A stretch of DNA of 44,516 nucleotides from Octopus bimaculoides (GCF_001194135.2 NC_068993.1:39065993-39110508); one strand, 5' to 3'; shown: positions 10,041-21,625, counted from the stretch's first letter. The notes: generated by a model from the letters alone, not told the origin. A program made the numbers and translations.

Positions 10041-10153
10041 ATACATACTTGCATACATACATATGTACGTACATACATACATACATAAATACATACATCC
10101 ATACATACATGCATATGTACAAACATATACAAGACAGACAGATAGATAGATAA

Positions 10154-10197
<44 letters not shown>

Positions 10198-10203
10198 GTA
10201 TAT
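10040..10203. repeat. (CATA)n followed by (GATA)n tetranucleotide repeats
   Basis: Direct reading of the sequence. Confidence 0.9.
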
Positions 10204-10427
10204 NNNNNNNNNNNNNNNNNNNNNNNNNNNNNNNNNNNNNNNNNNNNNNNNNNNNNNNNNNNNNNNNNNNNNNNNNNNNNNNNNNNNNNNNNNNNNNNNN
10301 NNNNNNNACCATCGTTAGTAGAAACAGCTAAATTAGCAGAGCTCAACAACAACTGTTGCTTTTCTTCTATCAGGAACGTGTTTCAGAAATTTAATCACAT
10401 AGAAATAACTCCAGAAGTGTTTAGGGG

Positions 10428-10720
10428 ATTATTATTATTATTATTATTATCACCATTGCTATTATTATTATTATTATTATTATTATCACCATTGCTATTA
10501 TTATTATCATAGCTATTATTATTATTATTATTATTGCTATTATTATTATTATTGTTATTATTATTATTGTTATTATTATTATTATTACTATTATTTTATG
10601 GTTTATTTCCATTTTGATTTAACTTTTCAATTGTCTTTTGTTTTTGTTGTTTTTCAAATCATTATTATTATTTGCCTTATTATTATTATTACTATTATTA
10701 TCATTATTATTATTATTTAT
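10428..10720. repeat. (TTA)n microsatellite with a duplicated caccattgct interruption
   Basis: Direct reading of the sequence. Confidence 0.9.
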
Positions 10721-11488
10721 TTATTTATTTTTCTTAATTAAATAGTTTTGAAATGTTTTGATTGCCAGCAAGTTGTTTTAATTAATAGAAATAGTATTTG
10801 CAATTTTCTTGAAGAAATCTCTATCTATTTTACAAAACACCGTCGGGTATATTAGTCATTAAAGATTATTTATTCCATTGCAAGACTTCTCATCAAAGAC
10901 GAAAGCAAAGCAAGAATAGAACAAAACAAAACAAAACAAAAAAAAAAACAGGAAAAAACAACAAACCAACAAACAAATCAAAACAAAACTACAACAATGA
11001 TAATAATAATAATGATGATGATGATGATAGTGATATTAGTAATAATGATGATGATGATGATGAGGATGATGATAAACAAAAACAAGAAGCAGAAACAAAC
11101 ACTAACAGCAAACACCCACCTTGCTCGAAATAGTTACTTTTGTTTTATCCATTTTGTTTAAAGACAATTTTCCATTAATTTTCTGTTTATATATAAAATC
11201 ACAGTTGTTATTAGTTCTCTGTGAGTTAAGTAATGGAACGAAACAGTTGTTAATGTTACTGCATGGAAAATACCTGAAACAAAAAAGAAGGAAAAAAGAA
11301 AAAGAAGACAAAAATAACAAAACAGAACAAAACAAAACAGTTATTTCAAAAATATGTAGCACATATGTTATAGAGATGGATTTAATTTGATGGTTTCTGT
11401 AGAGTTTTTCACTGTTAAACTGACCTTGAAAGATCCCTTGAGTGCAGTGTGTATGAGTGTATGAATGTGTGAGCTTATGTGTGGATAT

Positions 11489-11875
11489 GTGCTGGTGTGG
11501 CTGTGTAGTAAGAAGCTTGCTTCCCAACCACATGGTTCCCGGTTCAGTCCCACTGTGTTATAGCTTGGGCAAGTGTCTTCTACTATAGCCTCAGGCTGAC
11601 CAAAGCCTTGCAAGTGGATTTGGTAGACGGAAACTGAAAGAAGCCCGTCGTATATATATATGTATATATATGTGTATGTGTGTTTGTGTTTGTCCCCCCA
11701 GCATCGCTTGACAACCGATGCTGGTGTGTTTAGGTCCCCGTAACTTAGCGGTTCGGCACAGAGACCGATTGAATAAGTACTAGGCTTACAAAGAATAAGT
11801 CCTGGGGTCAATTTGCTCGACTAAAGGCGGTGCTCCAGCATGGCCGCAGTTAAATGACTGAAACAAGTAAAAGAG
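11489..11875 (+). mobile_element. SINE family B, full length
   Basis: A-box-like tggctgtgtagt, B-box-like ggttcagtcc, CORE-like cttgggcaag, internal (TA)/(TG) tract, 3' end ...tgactgaaacaagtaaaagag. Confidence 0.9.
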
Positions 11876-11888
11876 TTATGTGTGGATA

Positions 11889-12270
11889 TGTGCTGGTGTG
11901 GCTGTGTGGTAAGAAGCTTACTTCTTAAACACATGGTTCCAGGTTCAGTCCCACTGTGTAGTAGCTTGGGCAAGTATCTTCTACTGTAGCTTCAGGCTGA
12001 CCAATGCTTTGTGAGTGGATTTAGGAGGTGGAAACTGAAAGAAGCTTGTCATATATATATATATATATGTTTATGTATGTGTATGTGAGTATGTTTATAA
12101 ATGTATGCATGAGTGTTTGGTAACAAGCTTGCTTCCTGACCACATGGTTCCAGGTTCAGTCCCATCCCCTGGCACCTTGGTTAAGTGTCTTCTACTATAG
12201 CCTCAGGCTGACAAATGCCTTGTGAGTGGATTTGATAGAAGGAAACTGAAAGAAGCTTGTTGTTTATATA
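11889..12270 (+). mobile_element. two further SINE B 5' halves in tandem (~11889-12060 and ~12110-12270)
   Basis: Each has the head and gaaactgaaagaagc and stops at the internal TA tract. Confidence 0.85.
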
Positions 12271-12272
12271 TA

Positions 12273-12660
12273 CAGGGTGTTTGGGCTAAATTTAACAATT
12301 TTTTTTATGTCTCATTTTTTCAAGAGCAGCTTGATGTATCATTGAAGAGTCAACAGCGTTGGAGAGCATAAAGAGTTGTGGTTGAGAAAAAGCTAGCTGA
12401 CACGGAGGACTGGAAGCCATCTGAATTGGAAAAGAGTCACCTGTATTATGATGATTCACACTAGGTATCAAAATGCTGACATCATGACTGTTTCTCTATG
12501 CTCTGTGAGCACTATAAAGTCTGCAAGATGCGACAGGGACATCTGGAAAACTAAGTTCCCCTAAACTGTGATGGTATTTGGGTGTGTTGCCCATGAGGGT
12601 GATATAACTTTGCTCCACATCTTTGAACAGGGTTCAATTCAGATGGCTATGTGAAGCCAC
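12273..12660 (+). mobile_element. Tc1/mariner-superfamily (maT/DD37D-like) transposon fragment, internally deleted
   Basis: Begins TA|cagggtgttt. Encodes TKFP*TVMVFGCVAHEGDITLLHIFEQG...NSDGYVK, resembling the KFPxxVMVxGxVS motif of maT-type transposases. The subfamily call is inference. Confidence 0.65.
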
Positions 12661-12663
12661 TGG

Positions 12664-12838
12664 TGGAGGCGCAATGGCCCAGTAGTTAGAGCAGCAGACT
12701 CACAGTTAGAGGATTGCGGTTTCAATTTCCAGATTGCTGTTTCGATTGTGTGTTTATTGAGTGAAAACACCTAAAGCTCCATGAGGCTCTGGCAGGGGGT
12801 GGTGGCAACCCCCTGTTGTATTCTTTTGCCCCAACTCA
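12664..12838 (+). mobile_element. SINE family D, 5' part (tRNA-Arg-like head)
   Basis: tggaggcgcaatggcccagtagttag...aaacacctaaagctcc matches the reverse complement of 21760-21915. Confidence 0.85.
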
Positions 12839-12849
12839 GCAAAGGAGAG

Positions 12850-12980
12850 TGACAGAATGAGAACCAGGTTTAAAAGAACATGAAAATAAGTACTGGGATT
12901 AATTCAGTTGACTAAAAATTCTTCATGGTGGTGCTCCAGCATGACAGCAGTCTAATGACCGAAACAAGCAAGAGATAAAA
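12850..12980 (+). mobile_element. SINE family B, 3' half (degenerate)
   Basis: aataagtactggg...ggtgctccagcatgacagcagtctaatgaccgaaacaag. Confidence 0.7.
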
Positions 12981-14394
12981 TAAATCATGATTTTGCCTTT
13001 TAGGACAATATCCATTCTATTTTGGCTGCTGCTTTTAGAATGGCAAACAACAAAGGAAAGACTCCCTCTTTGGTAAAAAAAAAAAAAGGTTTTTAAGGTT
13101 TTAGCTATTCTTTCTTGCCGGCGTCATGTGATAGACTCACAGGCAAAAACCATTGGCCACCTGGCTTCAACAATACACCACAACCACAAAACCACTCATT
13201 GCCTGTGTGCCAGCTTCTATGTTACCTTATGCATGTGGAAGCAACAATCATCATTAAACCACCATCAATGCAACATCAACAATGCGCAATACATTCATAA
13301 ATCTACAAAGACTCACTGAAATAGTTCTTTCTGACTATATTGCCAGGCTTTGATCCTACACAACAGTTGCATACATATGTATACATTTGTATATATGGGT
13401 ATATATATATATATATATANNNNNNNNNNNNNNNNNNNNNNNNNNNNNNNNNNNNNNNNNNNNNNNNNNNNNNNNNNNNNNNNNNNNNNNNNNNNNNNNN
13501 NNNNNNNNNNNNNNNNNNNNNNNNNNNNNNNNNNNNNNNNNNNNNNNNNNNNNNNNNNNNNNNNNNNNNNNNNNNNNNNNNNNNNNNNNNNNNNNNNNNN
13601 NNNNNNNNNNNNNNNNNNNNNNNNNNNNNNNNNNNNNNNNNNNNNNNNNNNNNNNNNNNNNNNNNNNNNNNNNNNNNNNNNNNNNNNNNNNNNNNNNNNN
13701 NNNNNNNNNNNNNNNNNNNNNNNNNNNNNNNNNNNNNNNNNNNNNNNNNNNNNNNNNNNNNNNNNNNNNNNNNNNNNNNNNNNNNNNNNNNNNNNNNNNN
13801 NNNNNNNNNNNNNNNNNNNNNNNNNNNNNNNNNNNNNNNNNNNNNNNNNNNNNNNNNNNNNNNNNNNNNNNNNNNNNNNNNNNNNNNNNNNNNNNNNNNN
13901 NNNNNNNNNNNNNNNNNNNNNNNNNNNNNNNNNNNNNNNNNNNNNNNNNNNNNNNNNNNNNNNNNNNNNNNNNNNNNNNNNNNNNNNNNNNNNNNNNNNN
14001 NNNNNNNNNNNNNNNNNNNNNNNNNNNNNNNNNNNNNNNNNNNNNNNNNNNNNNNNNNNNNNNNNNNNNNNNNNNNNNNNNNNNNNNNNNNNNNNNNNNN
14101 NNNNNNNNNNNNNNNNNNNNNNNNNNNNNNNNNNNNNNNNNNNNNNNNNNNNNNNNNNNNNNNNNNNNNNNNNNNNNNNNNNNNNNNNNNNNNNNNNNNN
14201 NNNNNNNNNNNNNNNNNNNNNNNNNNNNNNNNNNNNNNNNNNNNNNNNNNNNNNNNNNNNNNNNNNNNNNNNNNNNNNNNNNNNNNNNNNNNNNNNNNNN
14301 NNNNNNNNNNNNNNNNNNNNNNNNNNNNNNNNNNNNNNNNNNNNNNNNNNNNNNNNNNNNNNNNNNNNNNNNNNTTGATGTCATGATGGCCAAC

Positions 14395-14590
14395 CAGGCA
14401 CCAGAAGTATGTATACATATAATGGTACTCACATGTACACATACAGACATACACAGTAAGATTATACACACACACACACGAGTGAATGTATGCATAATTA
14501 TATACAAAAATATATATAGAAGCTTATATCTATGTGTATATTATTACCTACATGTACATACATAAATAGTGTATATGTACATGTGTGTGC

Positions 14591-14629
<39 letters not shown>

Positions 14630-14791
14630 TAGATATATGTATATGCACATATATATTTCTCTATCTATCTATCTATATATATATATATATATACACACTC
14701 ATATATATAAAGAGACACACATACACACACACATATATATAGGTATATATATATTTGTGCATACATATATGTATACATACACATATATACA

Positions 14792-14839
<48 letters not shown>

Positions 14840-14845
14840 TACCTA
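14395..14845. repeat. compound (TA)n/(CA)n microsatellite
   Basis: Direct reading of the sequence. Confidence 0.8.
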
Positions 14846-15609
14846 TATCACAATAGAATGGAAAGCGGCAGCATACGTGCATACAATGATGGTGCATGTA
14901 AAGACACAATGAATGAAAATGCTTTTGTGTACATAAACAGAGAATTATGGTATCCAGGATGAGAAAGTAAGTAACTGAAGAGAACTACCTTCTCTTACTT
15001 TCCATCACTGCTTCTCCCTCACACTCCTTCTCTTTCTCTTTCTCTCTATTTCTCTGCCTCACCGTTTCTTATCCAACATACTCCCATGCACCACACAAAA
15101 CTCCATTCCTTCCGCCACACATATTTAGGGCTATCCTCTAGATGACAGTTGCATTCTAAAACTTTGGGCTTTTATTCAAGATTCTATCTTTTACCATAAT
15201 CCAAGACATCAATAGCATACAACAGAAAAGAGTTATTATATAATCTTTCGCATTGTCAGCGTACACAATAGAACAAAACTCAAAGAGCCCGGAGAAAGTC
15301 AGAGAATATTCTTAAACCATATTCTGTCGTGTTATTCCTTTTGCAAGGAAACCGTTTGCAGGGCCTAATTCTTATTGTTGGTCTGCAACAATGGTGCTGT
15401 AGAATAGTACGTATTCTTAGCCAATCAATGAGTGATGATGGAATGAAGAATCAAAGAGATTCTCCTTCTCTGACAATAAGTAAGGTCAGTCAAAGAGAGA
15501 GACAATATACTTGTGACATACCATATATGGTAAACATAAACATTACAGACAACTGAAAGCAAAAGTGTTCTTAATTCTATGTACGTATGTGAATGTAAGA
15601 TTGTAATAC

Positions 15610-15912
15610 ACGCTGCTGCTGCTGTTGCTGGTGGTGGTGGTGATGCTGTTGTGGTTGATCTTGAAGATGATGATGATGACAATGATGGCAATGAAGATGA
15701 TGATGATGATGATGATGATGAGAACAATGATGATGAGAACAATGATGATGATGGTGGTAGTGATGATGATGCGATGATGATGATAAGAATAAGAATATTC
15801 TTATTATCATCATTATTATTATTATTATTGAAAACAATAATAGCAATAAACATAATGGTCGGGCCTCAGGGGTGCACAGTCCAAAAAAAGGAAAGGAAAT
15901 CTGAAGATAGAG

Positions 15913-15954
<42 letters not shown>

Positions 15955-15973
15955 ACATATACACACACATGCA

Positions 15974-16019
<46 letters not shown>

Positions 16020-16340
16020 GACACACGTGTGTGCATATATATATACCTGTTTGTGCATATATATATATATAAGGTGTGCATGTGTGTATGAATGATTTTG
16101 TATGTTTATCGATGTGTATGTGTGTGAATGTATCTTCACATACATGTATACTATCTTGGTTTGTTTTTATGCACACACAAACATACACACATGTATGTAT
16201 GTATGTATCTATCTATCTATCTGTGCCTATGTCTCCCTATATATATATCTGTGTGAGTGAGTGAGTCTGTGTGTGTGTGTGTGGATGTGTGCATGTGTAT
16301 CCATGTGTATATATAAACACACACATGCATACACATATTG
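15610..16340. repeat. (GAT)n, (TTA)n, then (TA)n/(TG)n simple repeats
   Basis: Direct reading. These repeats explain ORFs 15425-16264. Confidence 0.85.
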
Positions 16341-16582
16341 AATGCACAAAGAGGGAAAGGTAAATATCATAAGGATCGAGGAATTATAGATAAAGAATTA
16401 CGAAACAACAGCAGCAGCAGTAGTAGTAGTAGTAATAGTAGTAGCAGTAGTAGTAAATAAAAAATAAACAATGCAAACAATATTATTAGGGGCAGCTAGG
16501 ATACTTTGAAAGGTTCTTGGCATCTAAGGTTACTTGTTGTAGCCAGATATTTTCTTTTCCAATAGTCTAACATGTGGTGCAT

Positions 16583-16925
16583 ATCATCATCATCATCGTT
16601 TAACGTCCGCTTTCCATGCTAGCATGGGTTGGACAATTTGACTGAGGACTGGTGAAACCAGATGGCAACACCAGGCTCCAATCTAATTTGGCAGAGTTTC
16701 TACAGCTGGATGCCCTTCCTAACGCCAACCACTCAGAGAGTGTANNNNNNNNNNTACAGCTGGATGCCCTTCCTAACGCCAACCACTCAGAGAGTGTAGT
16801 GGGTGCTTTTACGTGTCACCCGCACAAAGGCCAGTCAGGCGGTACTGGCAATGGCCACACTCGAAACGGTGTCTTTTATGTGCCACCCGCACAAGAGCCA
16901 GTCCAGGGGCACTGGCAACGGCAAC
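16583..16925 (-). mobile_element. RTE-clade LINE 3' UTR with (GAT)n tail
   Basis: Reverse complement of 27177-27414, which follows an RT-encoding segment. Contains an assembly-duplicated overlap at the 10-N gap. Confidence 0.85.
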
Positions 16926-16961
16926 GTATGTGAAATAATAACAATAATGATAATAATAATA

Positions 16962-17467
16962 GGGCTACAGCAAATATTCTGCTCAATACCACAGATTTAC
17001 TTGTCAATTGTTTGACCTTAACCAGTTGAGCATGTCCCCTAGTGGCTGACGATATGTGCATCTCTGATCACGAGCAGAAGTAGTTGGGGAGCATCATAGC
17101 CATGTGTTCAGAGGAACGTTTTGGGGTTTGAATAATTCACCTCTGGAAACACGGGTGTATCGTTCATCATCCTTAAACAAACCTTATTCAGAGACCTTTT
17201 GATTGGGATGGGCTACTCGACCTGAAGAAAATTCTAACTGGGCCCCACCTGCAAGGTCATACACTGTTTATCTTGATATAAGATCACCATGTCGTGCACA
17301 TANNNNNNNNNNTGTTTATCTTGATATAAGATCACCATGTCGTGCACATATGATTGTGATGCATGTGCCTGGTGTACCCTTATCAGACGGGTAGTCATGA
17401 TGGGTATATTGGGCTTCATATACTTTACCCCCATGTCACTTTGATGGCATGCACTGCTCTCTCATTC
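16962..17467 (+). mobile_element. unclassified putative interspersed repeat bounded by (AAT)n on both sides
   Basis: Non-coding, GC-richer block with sharp (AAT)n boundaries. I recall it as a high-copy octopus repeat but cannot verify that from this window. Confidence 0.5.
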
Positions 17468-17495
17468 AATAATAATAATAATAATAATAATAATA

Positions 17496-17715
17496 GTCAG
17501 AGCCCTGGGAATAGTGAGTAAAAATCTTGAGAAGTACACGGAACAAATAGGGGTTGCAATAAGGGTGGAGCACTTGCAGAAAACAGCACTGCTTGGAACT
17601 GCTTGAATGCTTGGAAAAGATGGTGCTCGAAAAATAAGGGGGTGTTACCTTAGTTCACTGGTAGTGAACAGCTGACACTGTAGTACATCTCCAGCGTTAG
17701 AAGCTGGGCAAAGAC
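17496..17715 (+). mobile_element. R4/Dong-like RLE retrotransposon, extreme 3' end
   Basis: VRALGIVSKNLEKYTEQIGVAIRVEHLQKTALLGTA (LQKxxLLGTA motif), a short 3' UTR and a (TAA)n tail. Confidence 0.75.
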
Positions 17716-17734
17716 AATAAAATAATAATAATAA

Positions 17735-17780
17735 GGATGGTGATTTCAAATTTTGGCATAAGGCCATCAATTTCAGGTTT
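17735..17780 (-). mobile_element. SINE family A tail remnant
   Basis: atttcaaattttggcataaggc is the reverse complement of the gccttgtgccaaaatttgaaat tail seen at ~4720 and ~9410. Confidence 0.6.
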
Positions 17781-17804
17781 TGAGTAGTAGATGTTTTATT
17801 TTCG

Positions 17805-18065
17805 CCAGCACATGATGTGAGCCATTCTGAGGATCTTGTTGTAAAGCATCTGACCAAACAAAGACTGTGACTGAGTGGCAGCCTTCTGAAAATCATCGAC
17901 GCTATTAGAGGAAGATGCATACATTTCACAGGATGCTTCTGGAAATGTAAGCAAGAGCTCGTTAGCATTACACTCCAATGGACACCTTGACACGGACAGA
18001 CATGGGTTGGTAGTCTACTAAAAAGAAAATTTCAATGACCAGCACTGTATGGACATGAGACGTAA
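17805..18065 (+). mobile_element. old RTE-like LINE ORF C-terminal remnant
   Basis: KHLTKQRL...IRGRCIHFTGCFWKCKQELVSITLQWTP*HGQTWVG resembles the LLWxPxHGxxxxGRP C-terminal motif. Many stops. Confidence 0.55.
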
Positions 18066-18365
18066 TTCAGCTGACTCTACAAAATACTATGTGAAAAAAA
18101 AATCATGACTGGGTCAATCAAATATAAGCCAGCTTAATCTAATAATCCTAGAGAATCTGTAAAGGAAACTAGTCAGAGTTTAAGATTTTCTGTTCTCCAG
18201 ATCTAATACAGTATATAATGTAAGACTGTGAAAACTTATCAAAAATATTTTGGAGCCCAAAATGTTTCAGAGAAGCATTCTGAATTCCAAATACAAATAT
18301 AGTAAGGTTTTAGGGTTTCACATATGTATAATATAAGGAGTTGAAAAGCTATGATTACTTGAGAC

Positions 18366-18800
18366 AGATATGGCTGTGTGGTTAAGAAGCTTGCTTTGCA
18401 ACCAAATGGTTTTGGGTTCAGTTTCACTTTGCAGCATCTTGGGCTTTTACTAAAGCCCCAGGTCTTGTGAGTAAATTTGACGGATGGAGACTGTGTGGAA
18501 ACCTGTCAAATATGTATGTGTGTTTGTCTATGTATGTGTATGCATGTGTGTTTGTCTATGGGTGAATATGTGTGTATATCTTTAGGTTTATATTGCGTTT
18601 GATCTCCCCCTCTCATCATTTGAGAAGCAAAGTTGGTTAGTTTATGACACTGTGAATTAGGATTCTGCAAAAGAGGCCATTAGAATGAGAACTAGGCTTG
18701 CATAATAAGTACTGGTGTTAGTTTGTTTGACTTAACCCTTCAAAAGAGTGCCCCAACTTGACCACAGTTCAATGATTGAGACAAGTTAAAAAAGAAAAGA
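18366..18800 (+). mobile_element. SINE family B, old degenerate full-length copy
   Basis: tggctgtgtggttaagaagcttgc head, TG tract, aataagtactgg and an aaaaag tail. Confidence 0.7.
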
Positions 18801-19348
18801 ACCATTAGTAAAGAAAAGCTTCCCTTCAGGTGTGTTGAAAAATCTAACACTACAAGAAAGGGAAATAACTTCAGTAAGATCAATTGATTGAAATTTTTAG
18901 ATGACACAGAGATTGCAGATTGGACCAGACCTGGTCTTTAAAATGAAATGGTAAAAGTAATGGGCATGTTTCACTTTTATTAGAACTCTTCAGCTCAGTA
19001 TATTCAACTTTGCTTGAATAAGGGAAGACAGTATATTCTGAAACAAAAGAAATATAGAGAAAATGATAATGAAGTTCTAGAATATGGTTGAAGAAAATAT
19101 ATTCCTGGGAAAAGTTCTGAATACTTTAGTTTTGTGGAATTCAAAAGAAAAAAATGTTCAGACTGGGTTAATTTTCTTGTCAGATGAAATATTTCAGATA
19201 CTGAAAAATATTGTAGTTTTAAGGACCATTACAACAAAGTTTTCCTCAAAGTATTATTTGTACACAAAACAAAAATAGTCATTTTTCATATTATTTCTCT
19301 CCCTGTCAGTAATCATTGTATACACATACATACACATAAATGTATCTA

Positions 19349-19381
<33 letters not shown>

Positions 19382-19774
19382 ATGTATAAATGTCCTCTCA
19401 TTCTCTAGTCTTCATCTGTTTTTCTCTCATCCATTCTATCAGTAAATTATTTTCTTTTATATCCAAAATAATCTTTTTCGTTCACTTCCTTATTGTTTTA
19501 TTTCTCATTCTCATTTTCTTCCCCCCACTTCTTTATCTCTCACTTGCTATAATAACTCACTCCATTTTTCTCCGTCGGCTACAATCTGTCAAAATAGTCA
19601 CTACTCTAATTGTTATTGACATCCTGTCAAAGTGTGATAAATATGAAAAGTCAACAAGAAATTTTACGCTGAGCCTTAAATATTTTGATATCTTTGTTGA
19701 ATTCTCGATAGCCATCTCAGTTTTGGCACCCTTCATATCAGAATTCATCAGTGTCATGTCAAAAATAATGTGAA

Positions 19775-20085
19775 GATGGTATCATCATCATCATTATCAT
19801 CATCCCCATGGTTGTCATCAACATTGTTGCCATTGTCATAATCATCACCATCACCATCGACATCATCATCATCGCTGTCGATGTCATCATCATCATTGTC
19901 AACATCATCATAATCATCACCATCATCATCGTCCTTATCGTTGTTGTCATTGTCATAAACATCAACATCGTCGTTGTTGTTATCATCCTCATTGTTCTTG
20001 TCCTCATAATCCTCACCATCATCATCGTTATCGTCGTCATTGTCGTCTTCATAATTATCATCATCACTATCATCATTATTGTTTT
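19775..20085. repeat. (CAT)n degenerate trinucleotide repeat
   Basis: Direct reading of the sequence. Confidence 0.9.
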
Positions 20086-21204
20086 AGCATCTACTTCCAT
20101 TTTGCTTCCATAGGTCAGATGAAATTTTTTGAGACAAATATNNNNNNNNNNNNNNNNNNNNNNNNNNNNNNNNNNNNNNNNNNNNNNNNNNNNNNNNNNN
20201 NNNNNNNNNNNNNNNNNNNNNNNNNNNNNNNNNNNNNNNNNNNNNNNNNNNNNNNNNNNNNNNNNNNNNNNNNNNNNNNNNNNNNNNNNNNNNNNNNNNN
20301 NNNNNNNNNNNNNNNNNNNNNNNNNNNNNNNNNNNNNNNNNNNNNNNNNNNNNNNNNNNNNNNNNNNNNNNNNNNNNNNNNNNNNNNNNNNNNNNNNNNN
20401 NNNNNNNNNNNNNNNNNNNNNNNNNNNNNNNNNNNNNNNNNNNNNNNNNNNNNNNNNNNNNNNNNNNNNNNNNNNNNNNNNNNNNNNNNNNNNNNNNNNN
20501 NNNNNNNNNNNNNNNNNNNNNNNNNNNNNNNNNNNNNNNNNNNNNNNNNNNNNNNNNNNNNNNNNNNNNNNNNNNNNNNNNNNNNNNNNNNNNNNNNNNN
20601 NNNNNNNNNNNNNNNNNNNNNNNNNNNNNNNNNNNNNNNNNNNNNNNNNNNNNNNNNNNNNNNNNNNNNNNNNNNNNNNNNNNNNNNNNNNNNNNNNNNN
20701 NNNNNNNNNNNNNNNNNNNNNNNNNNNNNNNNNNNNNNNNNNNNNNNNNNNNNNNNNNNNNNNNNNNNNNNNNNNNNNNNNNNNNNNNNNNNNNNNNNNN
20801 NNNNNNNNNNNNNNNNNNNATATATATATATATATATATAAACATATTTATATGGTCATTGAAAAGATGATATTTCTGGCAATGTTGCAGCATGGCCATA
20901 GGTTTTGAGTTAAAATGCATAAAGAATAAAAACAGTATATACGAGAGTAGGGTGCTGAAAAGATCATGGCTTTGAGTGAAAGAAAACACAGAAGGGATCA
21001 GTTAATTATGATTTTATCCAATATATTCCCTTCTCAGATTCACACACTTACTGTAGTGGTCTTTCAGCCTTTCTCTGTTCTGTAAAATAACTTGAAAATT
21101 TTGGGCCTCCAGCCAGGTCTTCATGATACCCTTAAAACCAGGAACTTTTCTGCACCCCTTTTTGCACACACACACACACTCATATAATCATACATATATA
21201 TATT

Positions 21205-21580
21205 CTTTTATTATTCTTTTACTTGATTCAGTCATTTGACTACAGCCAAGCTGGAGCACCACCTCATGGAGTTTTAGTCAACCAAATCAACCTCAAGACT
21301 TGTTTTGTAAGCCTAGTACTTATTCTATTGGGCTCTTTTGCTGAACTGCTAAATTACAGGGATGTAAATACACTAACATTGGTTGTCAAGAGTTGATGGG
21401 GTGGATAAACACAGATACACACACACACATACGTTTCTATCTACCAAATCTACTCACTAGGCTTTGGTCGAGCCGAGGCTATAATAGAAGATTCTTGCCC
21501 AAGGTGCAATGTAGTGGGACTGAACCCGGAACTATGTGGTTGGGAAGCAAGCTCCTTACCACACAGCCACGTCTGCACCT
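21205..21580 (-). mobile_element. SINE family B copy
   Basis: cagtcatttgact...ctggagcacc...ccacacagccac. Confidence 0.85.
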
Positions 21581-21625
21581 GCATATATATATATATATAT
21601 ATATATATTTATTTATTTATTTATG

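Noticed and set aside
13303-14565. Long ORFs of 340-390 aa (also 2197-2818, 20084-20989, 26635-27303, 34356-35039)
   Set aside because: They are open only because they run through N-gaps.
15329-15556. 75-aa ORF with flanking splice-like sites
   Set aside because: No recognisable protein, and several conflicting acceptor and donor choices.
16701-16800. Apparent 44-bp tandem duplication around a 10-N gap
   Set aside because: Identical sequence on both sides of a fixed 10-N spacer indicates an unmerged contig overlap, i.e. an assembly artefact.
17040-17090. CTGACGA hammerhead-like heptamer
   Set aside because: No correctly placed GAAA or stems. The same holds for CTGA.GA hits at ~15901, 17221, 18987(-), 19745(-) and 32435(-).
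17263-17350. Apparent 38-bp tandem duplication around a 10-N gap
   Set aside because: Same assembly-overlap artefact.
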